Shown here: positions 17,792 through 27,149 of the stretch, one piece after another
Layout of the letters: each line of letters opens with the position of its first letter
Position numbering within the stretch: position 1 is the first letter of the stretch
The notes under the pieces: model-generated
What the model saw: the letters and a program-made list of their open reading frames with translations, nothing else
Told to the model about the DNA's origin: nothing
Databases searched by the model: none
Made by a program: the position numbers and the translations under genes
Source of the DNA: Pseudomonadota bacterium
GTDB lineage: Bacteria; Bdellovibrionota_C; UBA2361; OMII01
Direction of reading: 5' to 3'
NCBI GenBank assembly: GCA_027486155.1
Contig: JAIXPR010000364.1
Coordinates: 1 to 27,164 of the forward strand
DNA: 27,164 nucleotides

Positions 17792-18127
17792 TTAGCGACG
17801 ACCGCCGAATCCACCTCCACCACCTTCACGGCGGCGAGGACGATCCCCACCATCACGATTGAAGCCACCCTCTCGAGGGGCTCGCTCGCGAGCGATATCG
17901 ACCACAATAGTGCGGCCCTCGACATCGCTTCCGTTGAACATGTTTACGGCTGCCTGAGCCTCATCTTCGCTCGACATTTCGACGAATCCGAAACCACGCT
18001 TACGACCTGTTGCCGGATCAAGCACTACTCGCGCTGACGCTACAGTACCAGCCTGAGCGAAAAGACGGCTAAGATCGGCGTCCTCGACAGCGAACGGCAG
18101 ATTTCCTACATACAACTTCTTTGACAT
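17792..18127 (-). CDS. Single-RRM RNA-binding protein with Gly/Arg-rich tail (RbpA-like)
   Basis: RNP2 LYVGNL and RNP1 RGFGFVEM; GGAGG 7 nt before ATG 18127. Confidence 0.97.
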   Translation of the reverse strand: MSKKLYVGNLPFAVEDADLSRLFAQAGTVASARVVLDPATGRKRGFGFVEMSSEDEAQAAVNMFNGSDVEGRTIVVDIARERAPREGGFNRDGGDRPRRREGGGGGFGGRR

Positions 18128-18292
18128 TGACATTCCTCCACGGCATTTACAGTTCTGATAAGCCGCGGGAACGAAGTGACAGATCGTACACTATCGCCTC
18201 TGAAGTAACTCGTTCGAGTAAGCTCAAACGAGCGCCCTCGGCGATGAACATCTTCCGGTAATGTCCCGGAGCGGAAACCAGATTGACGACTC

Positions 18293-18322
18293 ATGGTAAC
18301 AAGGTCTTGACAATTGGGTCAA
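18293..18322 (-). promoter_or_regulatory. Candidate sigma70 promoter for the RRM gene
   Basis: Minus strand TTGACC (18322-18317), N18 spacer, then TG-T-TACCAT extended -10 (18298-18293). The -35 is part of a TTGAC-N6-GTCAA palindrome. Confidence 0.5.
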
Positions 18323-18429
18323 TATTGATTTAGGGGCGCCCTCTGTCGCCACCCCCTACACCCGTAACCAGGTGAAATAAAGAGCGTATCTTCAGCACGA
18401 GTGACCCTATCGGGAGGGGAACGCCTCTG

Positions 18430-19635
18430 CTACACCCGCAGATGCTCGGACCGATCGGGAGAAACTCCCGACGGGACGCCTCGAATCTCCCCCCGCGCTG
18501 GGCCACCTACACCGATCATCTCATTGTAAAGTTGCGCATAGTCGTCCACAACTCGGCCTAAAGAATACAACTTAGCTATACGCGACCGGCCCCGAGCCCC
18601 TCGCTCATCCCACGCATCTGTGCCCTCTCGGCACACAGCGGCGAGCGCTTCGGCAAGACAGGCGGCCGATCGTGGTGGTACGACAACTCCCACACCATCA
18701 AGCAACTCCTTGGTGTTACCCACATCCGTAGCGACACACGGGACCTCGCAACACATCGCCTCCGCAATGACATTAGGAAACCCCTCAGCCACAGAGGACG
18801 AGCAGAGAATGTCCATGGCCGGGTACAACTCTGAACTAGGGGAGTACTCCCCCACAAGTATCACGCGTGAGGCCACCCCGGACGACACGAGGAGACGACG
18901 CAACTCCGGGTTGGTGTCGCTCATGCCACGCCCCACCAACATGAGTCGCGCGTGCGGAATCCAGGTAAGAACCGCGGCGAACGCCTCAATCAAAAAGGGC
19001 CGCCCCTTCGCGATATCATCCCGACCGATATTCCCAATAAGTATATCTGTATCAGCGACACCGAAACGTTCACGGATGGACCTTCGATTTTTCGGTGATC
19101 TGGCGAATTGGTCGAGATCAAATCCGTTTGCAATAACGATCCCCCTCTCGCGATTGAACCCGAGCGCCTCGTGCTGTTGTCGAGACTCCGAGGTGCAGTA
19201 CATAATTCTATCAGGCAGAGAGGAGAGCCATCTATTCGCGTGCACTACGAGGCGAGTAGGAAACTTCAGTTCTCCAAGATTCTCAGTGCCACGTCGCATG
19301 TTCCACCCGACCGGAATTCTCCGGGAGAGGAATGGGCGGATCAAGGTTAGGAGCAGATTGGCGTGGTACATCCATCCCTGTACAAGATCAGGAGATAGCT
19401 CACTCAGAAGATTCCGTAACTTGAAGAGCGCGCCTATACCTCGAAGATTCCGTGATACGTCGACCGCGTGGACAGGAATACCTCGCGCCTCAAACGCCTC
19501 CGCGAGAGGCTCTCGCTTGGAGAGACTAACGACGAAATTTTCCACTCCTCGACGCTGCAATCCATCGGCCAGGCGGAGCAACATGCGTTGAGCCCCGTCG
19601 CCACTCAAGCCGGTGATACAGTGAACTACTCGCAT
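18430..19635 (-). CDS. GT4 family glycosyltransferase
   Basis: MRVVHCITGLSGDGAQRML, DLVQGWMYHANL, NGFD, K-GRPFLIEAF, EGFPNVIAEAM (EX7E). Confidence 0.95.
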   Translation of the reverse strand: MRVVHCITGLSGDGAQRMLLRLADGLQRRGVENFVVSLSKREPLAEAFEARGIPVHAVDVSRNLRGIGALFKLRNLLSELSPDLVQGWMYHANLLLTLIRPFLSRRIPVGWNMRRGTENLGELKFPTRLVVHANRWLSSLPDRIMYCTSESRQQHEALGFNRERGIVIANGFDLDQFARSPKNRRSIRERFGVADTDILIGNIGRDDIAKGRPFLIEAFAAVLTWIPHARLMLVGRGMSDTNPELRRLLVSSGVASRVILVGEYSPSSELYPAMDILCSSSVAEGFPNVIAEAMCCEVPCVATDVGNTKELLDGVGVVVPPRSAACLAEALAAVCREGTDAWDERGARGRSRIAKLYSLGRVVDDYAQLYNEMIGVGGPARGEIRGVPSGVSPDRSEHLRV

Positions 19636-19813
19636 ACAGAGTCTGCACCTTAAAAAAGAACGCGGTGCGACTATAGGGGGGGAGCCAATCATGGAGTATG
19701 AGCGACCTCAGGCGACCTCGAGGGAGGGAGGCAAAACAACGCGTTCGCTTTTTTTTGCTGAGGTATTATACCCGTTGTGGTCGCGAAGCCTTTCGAATTG
19801 GCGATGCTTCGCC

Positions 19814-20191
19814 TTACGTCACTGAGGTCGTTCGTAACTCCGCCAATGCTTTGTCAGCGTCTCGAGTGACCTTCTCCATCGCGTCCACACAATAGGACGT
19901 CCGAAGTGAGCCGAGCCCATCACTACCCAAATCCTCGGTGGCCAAACGTAGCGCTTTCGTAAAAGCTTGCGCGAGCACGAGAACGGAGTCGAGTCCCACA
20001 GAGTTATCGCCGAGCTCGTTAAGAATATACGCGGTTACGTGCTCTACCCGCGTGTCATAGGGTTCCCATTTTTGCACGCCCATTAGATCCCTTTCGGCTG
20101 GGGTGCGTTGCATAGCTCGGGCCACCTGCGTATCGATTGCGTGCATGGCTTGGAGAAGCCCTTCCTCTAATTTACTAGGTTTGTTGTTCAT
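19814..20191 (-). CDS. Hypothetical helical protein, 125 aa
   Basis: GGAGAGG RBS before ATG; no recognised motif. Confidence 0.75.
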   Translation of the reverse strand: MNNKPSKLEEGLLQAMHAIDTQVARAMQRTPAERDLMGVQKWEPYDTRVEHVTAYILNELGDNSVGLDSVLVLAQAFTKALRLATEDLGSDGLGSLRTSYCVDAMEKVTRDADKALAELRTTSVT

Positions 20192-20279
20192 AGGCGCCTC
20201 TCCAGTGCTTCGGCGATATAACTATCTCAAAGGTTAAGACTCAAGTTAGGGGGGTTCCGGTGCGACCTTTCTCCCACCC

Positions 20280-21908
20280 CTACCCCCGAGCCGTCCCGAT
20301 CCACATGAACCGGGAATATATCATACCATCCACTGTTTCAACGTAGGTGTATACCTGGCGTCCCCGCGGGATGGAGAACTTAACGAGTACGCTATACTGT
20401 CCTCGGTCGTCGCTCACCACCTGCGCGACGGATTTGCCCTGAACTACCAACCTTAGTTTTATCGCCCCAAGGGGCCTGCCGGCGTCTGAGATAACTCGAC
20501 CACTCACCCGATACAACCTCTCCCTCCGCGAGCCTACCATTCTGCGCGTAAGGGTAATTCGTGCTGGCGCGGGTGGCGGCGTAACGGCTGGCGGCACAGG
20601 AGTAGGGGTCGGCTCACCGCGCGGTGCCTGGCGGGGTGCCATCTCCTCAACTGAGATACATCTGTTGTACCGGCCCAGATGATCGGAGATCTCGTCAAGG
20701 CTCACCGAGGAGAATCGGGTGGCGGAAGGTACCGAGATACTTGGATACATCAAGCCTCCCCTGTCACTCACATCATGAAAGCCACCGAAATTGTGTCCGA
20801 GCTCATGCGCGAAGATTCCAGCGTTGGCGGCCTCAACGTACGACTGGGTTATCCCAAAGGTCAGCGCGGGTGCGGCGCATACAGTTCCTATGTACGCGAT
20901 ACCGATCACGCTCCCATCTAAATTTTTACCTGTGAAGAGGTGCTTCACATCGACCTTGTCATGAAAGTTCGAGCTGCCATCGCCAAGGTTGTCTTTATTG
21001 TCGGGGTTACCGGTAAACGCTCGCAACAACGAGTTAGGGTCTGTCATCGTGTAGGGAGAGCTCTCGGTGTACACATGCTGCTTAACCAAGCGGAAGCGGA
21101 TGCCCAGCTGCGCGTCGTAAATGGCCTCGGCGGTATTGATAATACCGGCGATGACGGCGTTACTCGAATCGCCATATTTCGCGTACCATTCAGGATCCGC
21201 GTCGGTGCTAATCGTGATCACCTTAGTGGCTTTAGCCTGCTCAGAATTCGTCTCGCCTATCGGCGCTTCCTCGGAGGGAATCGGTAGAACGGTATGGTCG
21301 TGATCCTCAGAGTCCGCGTGTCCTACGGCCTGAGCCATGCTGACTGAACCTACAGCCGAACCACAGGCACCACGATAGAAGGCGTGCGCGGGAATACTCG
21401 ATACTCGGGCGGAGACCCGAATCGATCCGTTCAATAAAACCCTGACGGTGTATATCCTCTGCCGACTGCGACGAGAACCGGTCGCTCGTCCTGGAATCGT
21501 GATCCTCAACTCATTTTTGATGATCGATGCCGCGGTTCTATACACACGACGCCCCTTCCGGATAGTCCCCCCGCCAACAGCGACCTTCCCTCTGAGCAAC
21601 ACGGGCTCCAAAGGATCGAGGTACTTCGCTCCACTTTTCTCAACTGTCGCGGTCCACGTCTTGTTGCGGCGCAGATTGAACCGAGCGTCAATTCTTCCAA
21701 GATTCGCTATTTTTCCTGACACTTTTACTGATGGGATGGCATCAAAGGTTCTTGAAGATGATGAGCGAACCCCAATCCGGTGTAACCCGCTGAGCTCGAG
21801 CTCGGCTCGATACGGCGTGGTCGCCGCGCTCGCCGAGAGGGGAGTCAACATCGATAAAACCAAAGCAAAAACCACAGAGAACTGCTGGGTTGCACAGCCA
21901 CTTCTCAT
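20280..21908 (-). CDS. Secreted M12B/reprolysin-like zinc metalloprotease (metzincin) with Pro/Thr linker and C-terminal beta-domain
   Basis: HELGHNFGGFH (HExxHxxGxxH), Met-turn GLMYP, VIGIAYIGTVC, candidate cysteine switch ACGS. GGAGAAGG before ATG 21908; signal-like segment ending SASA. Confidence 0.93.
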   Translation of the reverse strand: MRSGCATQQFSVVFALVLSMLTPLSASAATTPYRAELELSGLHRIGVRSSSSRTFDAIPSVKVSGKIANLGRIDARFNLRRNKTWTATVEKSGAKYLDPLEPVLLRGKVAVGGGTIRKGRRVYRTAASIIKNELRITIPGRATGSRRSRQRIYTVRVLLNGSIRVSARVSSIPAHAFYRGACGSAVGSVSMAQAVGHADSEDHDHTVLPIPSEEAPIGETNSEQAKATKVITISTDADPEWYAKYGDSSNAVIAGIINTAEAIYDAQLGIRFRLVKQHVYTESSPYTMTDPNSLLRAFTGNPDNKDNLGDGSSNFHDKVDVKHLFTGKNLDGSVIGIAYIGTVCAAPALTFGITQSYVEAANAGIFAHELGHNFGGFHDVSDRGGLMYPSISVPSATRFSSVSLDEISDHLGRYNRCISVEEMAPRQAPRGEPTPTPVPPAVTPPPAPARITLTRRMVGSRRERLYRVSGRVISDAGRPLGAIKLRLVVQGKSVAQVVSDDRGQYSVLVKFSIPRGRQVYTYVETVDGMIYSRFMWIGTARG

Positions 21909-22084
21909 ATCCTTCTCCACTCTTCTGTAGGCATCCATTCCCACGGCGGAAAACGCATGAACGTTTTCTTTTACGATGCCCCGCGGAGAAGGAGGGCTCG
22001 AAAATTTTTTCAAAAATTTTACAACCCTTGTGCGAATCCCCTGAGAGCGGCTACATAAGCTAAAGGACTCATAAAGGGTGGCGG

Positions 22085-23329
22085 ATGATACGAGCCACTC
22101 CTACCCTTCCCCTCCCTATGAAACATAACCCTCCTCACCCTCTTACGAACCGCGTCAGCCAACTCGCGATGATTTTACTGGTCGCCTCCGGTTGCGCGCG
22201 CCCGGCGGTCACAACACTTGAAAAGGCTTTCCGTCCAATAACGATCAAGAATGTTGAGATCGCCGACGATCTAGAACTCGCCGGGCTCGCTGATGCGATC
22301 GCTCAACAACGAGAAGCGCTCAAAAACAACGAAGAGATCGAGATGGTTTTCGGTCCGGAGCGTGTTTCACGACGGGAGTATGTGAAAGCCTTGGATGGAC
22401 TGGCGACGATATTGGCCAGCTCTCGCCCCCAAAGCGCCAAGCTTGAGTACATTCGAGAGAACTTTCGATTTATGGAATGGTATGGAGGCGCAGATTGGGG
22501 AGAGATCCTTCTCACCAGTTATTTTGAACCGATCATTCATGGCGACGAAAAGCGCACCCCCCGATTTTCTCAGGCCTTGTACGGGAAACCTGACGACCTG
22601 GTTGTGATCGACCTTAAGAAATTCTCCGATCGTTTCAAAGATGAATCCAATCTCCGGGGACGGATACATGAGGGGAAGGTAACGCCCTACTTTTCTCGAG
22701 ATGAGATCGATGATGGCAACGCCCTTAAGGGCCGCAAGCTTGAACTCTGCTGGGTAGATCCGACCGACGCGTTTTTTCTGCACATCCAGGGTTCAGGAAC
22801 GGTCAAACTCCCCAATGGTGAGGAACTTTTCATAACCTACTCGGAAAAGAACGGTCGAAAGTATGAGCCCATAGGGAAATACTTAAAAGAGCGTCTCGCG
22901 CCACGCCCGGTAACGATGCAGCGAATAGAGGAGGTTGTTAAGGTGATGTCCCCTCAAGAACGCTCCCAGCTTTTCGCGAAAAATCCTAGTTATGTTTTTT
23001 TCACCAAATCCAAGCGGCGGGCGATTACCTCTCTTGGGGTCCCAGCGACCCCCGGCCGTACCATAGCGGTTGATTCCAAATTTGCCCCGAAAGGCGCGCT
23101 CGCGATTATCACCTTTAACAAACCTCTCGTTGACCAACCGGAGAACGTGGAATCAGGCATGCCACCCACAACGCGAGTCTCCCGATTCGTGCTCGACCAG
23201 GACTCGGGCGGCGCGATCACGGGGACGGATCATGTAGACCTCTTTTGGGGACGGGGAGATGAGGCTAAGAAGGTAGCTGGAATACTGCAAGACAAAGCTC
23301 GAATCGTTTTCTTGGTGCCTAAAAAATAG
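22085..23329 (+). CDS. mltA: Membrane-bound lytic murein transglycosylase A
   Basis: Lipobox LVASGC; TSYFEP, FFLHIQGSG, NPSYVFF; 3D domain QDSGGAITGTDHVDLFWG. The start may be downstream of 22085. Confidence 0.93.
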   Translation: MIRATPTLPLPMKHNPPHPLTNRVSQLAMILLVASGCARPAVTTLEKAFRPITIKNVEIADDLELAGLADAIAQQREALKNNEEIEMVFGPERVSRREYVKALDGLATILASSRPQSAKLEYIRENFRFMEWYGGADWGEILLTSYFEPIIHGDEKRTPRFSQALYGKPDDLVVIDLKKFSDRFKDESNLRGRIHEGKVTPYFSRDEIDDGNALKGRKLELCWVDPTDAFFLHIQGSGTVKLPNGEELFITYSEKNGRKYEPIGKYLKERLAPRPVTMQRIEEVVKVMSPQERSQLFAKNPSYVFFTKSKRRAITSLGVPATPGRTIAVDSKFAPKGALAIITFNKPLVDQPENVESGMPPTTRVSRFVLDQDSGGAITGTDHVDLFWGRGDEAKKVAGILQDKARIVFLVPKK

Positions 23330-23339
23330 GGAAGCGAGC

Positions 23340-23873
23340 TTATTGTTCCTCTTCGTCCTCAAGACTCGGAACCACGGCACCTGGCGCGATGCCAGCGGGG
23401 CCACCTCGAGAACGGGGAACCGCGTTGGGAATAAGACCCGCAAGACTCGGATCACTGGAGGGAAGGGAAGCCGAAGGGCCGCTCGATCCACCGTCAGGGC
23501 CTGATGGGATCTCGCGCACGATATCTCGAAGGATATCTCGCGATTCATCTGCCTCTGGCTCAACCTTTTTGGCACTCTCAACCGCTGCCACCTTCTTTGT
23601 GACCACCTTGTGCTCATCGCCCACGCCGCGGAGCGCGACGACCGTACCGTCCTTGAAGACAACTCGAGCTCCTCCCTTATAGTTCCACACCAGCTCCCGC
23701 TTAACGCCTCGAACGATTCGCTCGTTGGGCTCCCCCCAAGCGGCGAGAACATCACGCAGAGAAGCTCCTACCGTCAGTCGGTCCGCTCGCTGAGCTTGCG
23801 CCATGGCGGGAGAAACTCCCGGAGCCGTCCCAAGACAGATACCTGTGATTAAAATCCAACCGATGCCCCTCAT
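23340..23873 (-). CDS. Secreted hypothetical protein with SmpA/OmlA-like motif and Pro-rich tail
   Basis: GAGG RBS before ATG 23873; signal MRGIGWILITGICLGTAPGVSPAMA; LTVGASLRDVLAAWGEP motif. Confidence 0.75.
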   Translation of the reverse strand: MRGIGWILITGICLGTAPGVSPAMAQAQRADRLTVGASLRDVLAAWGEPNERIVRGVKRELVWNYKGGARVVFKDGTVVALRGVGDEHKVVTKKVAAVESAKKVEPEADESRDILRDIVREIPSGPDGGSSGPSASLPSSDPSLAGLIPNAVPRSRGGPAGIAPGAVVPSLEDEEEQ

Positions 23874-24065
23874 GTCGCTTCCTCGCTGGTTTACCCGCCT
23901 CTCAGAACTGCGGGAGTCTTCATGCCTTCGACTCACTGTAACATGCTGCCACAAGTCAAAGAGTTGCGATTGTGGTATCGGCAGGCGCTCTCGTATTCCT
24001 GAGAACTATTATATTTGACGAGTGCCGTAAAACCGTCACCACGGTAACTGGCTAATCCCCTTCGC

Positions 24066-25442
24066 TTACGAACGCGGTTTGAGATAAACAGAGAAGGTAG
24101 ATCCCTGTCCCAAGACGCTTTGAACGTCGACACGTCCTCCGTGGACCTGCGCGATATGCTTTACGATCGCGAGACCCAATCCGGTCCCGCCCATCTGTCG
24201 ACTACGCCCTTGATCGACCCGATAAAAACGCTCGAAGAGACGGGGAAGATGCGCGGCCTCGATGCCAGGACCGGTATCGGTTACCATGCAGCGCACATAC
24301 TCACCACTACGCTCGGCTGATATCGAGACCTTTGTCCCCGGATCTGAGTACTTGATCGCGTTGTCGATCAGGTTAACAAACGCCTGTTGCAGTAAGCTTG
24401 AATTCACACCAACCCGAATATCGTCCCCTACAGAGGATGTCACTGAGATAGATTTGACAGCCGCGTTCGTCACACACAGATCTACCGCCTCTCGGATGAC
24501 CTCTGAAAGTTTGTGATTGGTGACGTCGATCCCTCCGTCCTGATCACCCGCCTCTAGGCGAGAGAGCACCAAAAGATCGTTGAAAATGGCGTTTAATCTC
24601 TCAGCGTGCTTTTTGATAATTTCGAGGAATTTTTTTTGCGACTCAGGCTCATGCATCGCCCCTTCCAACAGAGTTTCGGTGAATCCTTTAATGGATGTCA
24701 CGGGAGTTCGAAGCTCATGGGAAACGTTGGCGACAAAATCTCGGCGCACATTCTCAAGTTTATGCACCCGCGTCATATCTCGAAGCACAATCAGCGTGCC
24801 CGAAGAGGATCCATCGTCTTGAAAGAGAGGAGACCCATACATATCAAGGATCATCTCCGGATCCTGCCTCACCACGACGGTGCGAGTAGTGGGAACCATC
24901 GAGAACGACGCCTCCTTCATAAATCGCCGAACCTCATCGTGCCTGACGATTTCATCGAGGCTTCGTCCCTCCACATAGGCTTGAGAGATACCAAGGAGCG
25001 CTCGAGCCGCCTCATTCACACGCCGAATCTCTCCCTCTGAGTCGACAGTTACAACCCCCTCCGTCATACTTCGTAAGATCGCGTCTTGTTCACCGCTAAG
25101 TCGCGAAAGCGCCTGCACCCGCCCTTGGAGCTGAACGGCCATTTCATTCAACCCCTCAGTCAAAGCGCGAAGTCTCCTCCGGCGAGGCACCTCCATCAGC
25201 TTCTCAAAGCTTCCCTCGGTGAAGCGCGCGGTTGCATCTTCGACATGCCTCAGCGCCTCCTCAGACCGGTAGGAAAGCCATAGGCCGCCACCAACCGCGA
25301 TACCGATAGACATAATCGAGGCTGCCACAGAGGCGCGCGGAACCTCGGGACTGAGGAGGAGTTCAAGAAGAAGCGGCACGGAAGCGATCAAAGCGATTCC
25401 GCCTCCCCACACCACAAACCGACTGTATCCCACGATATTCAT
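24066..25442 (-). CDS. PhoR-like sensor histidine kinase (2 TM, HAMP, PAS, HisKA, HATPase)
   Basis: RRDFVANVSHELRTPVTSIKG (H-box), NLIDNAIKY, DTGPGI, FERFYRVD, GTGLGLAIVKH. Confidence 0.95.
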   Translation of the reverse strand: MNIVGYSRFVVWGGGIALIASVPLLLELLLSPEVPRASVAASIMSIGIAVGGGLWLSYRSEEALRHVEDATARFTEGSFEKLMEVPRRRRLRALTEGLNEMAVQLQGRVQALSRLSGEQDAILRSMTEGVVTVDSEGEIRRVNEAARALLGISQAYVEGRSLDEIVRHDEVRRFMKEASFSMVPTTRTVVVRQDPEMILDMYGSPLFQDDGSSSGTLIVLRDMTRVHKLENVRRDFVANVSHELRTPVTSIKGFTETLLEGAMHEPESQKKFLEIIKKHAERLNAIFNDLLVLSRLEAGDQDGGIDVTNHKLSEVIREAVDLCVTNAAVKSISVTSSVGDDIRVGVNSSLLQQAFVNLIDNAIKYSDPGTKVSISAERSGEYVRCMVTDTGPGIEAAHLPRLFERFYRVDQGRSRQMGGTGLGLAIVKHIAQVHGGRVDVQSVLGQGSTFSVYLKPRS

Positions 25443-25481
25443 CGGCTCTACTCTACAAAGACTCTGGAATGAGAGCTAGAG

Positions 25482-26165
25482 CTAGCCTTTAAAGCGATAG
25501 CCGACCCCTCGGACCGTCTCGATTAACGCTCCTATCTCTCCAAGTTTCTTTCGCAACCCAACCACCTGAACATCAACCGAACGATCAGTCACGGGGTAAT
25601 CATCGCCGTGCACTCCATCGACGATCTGCGTTCGAGTAAACACAACCCCCGGTTGACGCATCAAGAAGTGCAGGAGCTTGAACTCAGTATTTGTGAGCTC
25701 CACCATTTGGTCAAGAACCCACACTTCCCGCCGGGTAGGATCAACTTTGAGTCCCTCTATCTCTACGGGTGCGTCAGCGGCAACGGGTATCGCCCCTACG
25801 CGACGAATGACGCTCTTAACTCTGGCCAGGAGAACGCCGGGGCTGAAAGGCTTGGCGACATAGTCATCAGCTCCAAGCTCAAGCCCCGCGACCACATCCT
25901 TCTCATCTCCGAGCGCCGATATCATGACAATAGGAGTCTGCGACAACGAGGGATCGGCTTTGACACGCCGGCATACCTCGAGTCCATCGATGCCGGGGAG
26001 CATGATATCAAGAACGATTAACAGCGGACTCAGCTCATGCGCGAGTCGCAACGCCTCCTCTCCACTCGCCGCGGTCGCGACGTTATAGCCCCCCTTGGAG
26101 AGGTTGTACCGGACGAGTTCCCGGATGTCCTCTTCGTCATCTACCACTAAAATAACATCTTTCAT
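25482..26165 (-). CDS. OmpR/PhoB-family response regulator
   Basis: VVDDEEDIRELV, LDIMLPGIDG, ELGADDYVAKPFS, winged helix RSVDVQVVGLRKKL, IETVRGVGYRF. Confidence 0.96.
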   Translation of the reverse strand: MKDVILVVDDEEDIRELVRYNLSKGGYNVATAASGEEALRLAHELSPLLIVLDIMLPGIDGLEVCRRVKADPSLSQTPIVMISALGDEKDVVAGLELGADDYVAKPFSPGVLLARVKSVIRRVGAIPVAADAPVEIEGLKVDPTRREVWVLDQMVELTNTEFKLLHFLMRQPGVVFTRTQIVDGVHGDDYPVTDRSVDVQVVGLRKKLGEIGALIETVRGVGYRFKG

Positions 26166-26391
26166 CTTCGGCGTTATCCGCTCTCTACAAGTTACCTGGT
26201 ACTTCAAAGTCTAGCTCTTTTTGTTCAGGTCGTATGCCGAGAACACCGAACTCATCAAAAATTAACAGAGAAATTCGGTATATCATCAGTGTCCTATACC
26301 CTTTGAGGGAACCATAAATAATCCCTTTCAAGCTGCCCCCTACCAGGACTATCCTTCCCTCACCAATTTTTCCCGCCAGGAGGGCGTTGTC

Positions 26392-26784
26392 ATGAGCACA
26401 AAAATCGAATGTTTTGAGAGTATCCCGAACGCGCCCAAAGCTGGTGGGCCCTACTCTCCTGTGGTGCGAGCCGGCAACCTAGTATTCCTGTCAGGGCAGG
26501 TAGGAATCGATCCCGAGACCTCTCAAATGGTGGGGACGGGCATCCACGAACAGACCGAACAAGTGCTTAAGAATCTCAAGGCGGTTCTCGCTGGCATGGG
26601 CCTTACGTTCAAGGACGTGGTAAAGACGGTGATCTTCCTCACCGATATCTCAAATTTTCAAACCGTCAACACGATCTATGCCAATGCGCTTGAGGGGCAC
26701 AAACCGGCTCGCTCAACGATCGGAGTAGCGGCGCTTCCCGCCGGAGCGATCGTTGAGATCGAGATGATTGCGGTGGCGGGGTAA
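26392..26784 (+). CDS. ridA: RidA (YjgF/YER057c/UK114) enamine/imine deaminase
   Basis: GPYS, LSGQVG, PARSTIGVAALP, VEIEMIA; AGGAGGG RBS. Confidence 0.93.
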   Translation: MSTKIECFESIPNAPKAGGPYSPVVRAGNLVFLSGQVGIDPETSQMVGTGIHEQTEQVLKNLKAVLAGMGLTFKDVVKTVIFLTDISNFQTVNTIYANALEGHKPARSTIGVAALPAGAIVEIEMIAVAG

Positions 26785-26836
26785 GATATCGAGTCGAAAT
26801 AGCCGTTTTCATGTGTGCCCTCTCGGGGAGACCATC

Positions 26837-26919
26837 CCGGAGGGCCTGTCTCCTGACAGGCCGGAATCTGCGGCGAACGGTTCGTGCATACCCGGCCCGT
26901 AAGGATACGGGCCCTCCGG
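26837..26919. repeat. Inverted REP-like doublet (two 28-bp units, 27-bp spacer)
   Basis: Unit 1 CCGGAGGGCC-TGTC-TCCT-GACA-GGCCGG (26837-26864). Unit 2 reverse complement CCGGAGGGCC-CGTA-TCCT-TACG-GGCCGG (26892-26919). Confidence 0.8.
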
Positions 26920-26990
26920 ATCGTGCCATATACGATATGAAAGGAACGCTACGGATAACTTGGGAAAACAGATGACCTAGAGGTCGTTGC

Positions 26991-27019
26991 GGGGTCTACT
27001 CCGCGCGGGAGTAGACCCC
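26991..27019. other. Perfect 12-bp hairpin GGGGTCTACTCC-GCGCG-GGAGTAGACCCC
   Basis: Exact inverted repeat with no U-tract on either side. Confidence 0.85.
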
Positions 27020-27092
27020 ACTCCGAAGAAGCAAATCAGGGAACTAGAACCAACTACTTAAAACCCTGTCGCGATGCACGAGTAGATACTCT

Positions 27093-27149
27093 TCACGCAG
27101 TGAAGACCTCGCTCACCAATACGACAGAAGTAATTCCTATAGCCGACAT
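27093..27149 (-). CDS. Candidate 18-aa hydrophobic minigene MSAIGITSVVLVSEVFTA
   Basis: Immediately preceded by GAAAGGAGGTGATCC (27164-27150), which is fully complementary to the canonical 16S rRNA 3' end. Confidence 0.4.
   Translation of the reverse strand: MSAIGITSVVLVSEVFTA

Noticed and set aside
18620-19591. 323-aa plus-strand ORF
   Set aside because: It is entirely antisense to a clear GT4 gene, is Ser/Arg-rich and has no motifs.
26166-26391. Pho box upstream of the PhoB-like regulator
   Set aside because: No CTGTCAT-like 11-bp direct repeat is visible and there are no pst/phoU genes, so phoB/phoR symbols were withheld.
6959-26784. Functional cluster of Thr dehydratase and RidA (2-aminoacrylate detoxification)
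   Set aside because: The biochemical link is established, but the genes are about 18 kb apart with unrelated genes between them.
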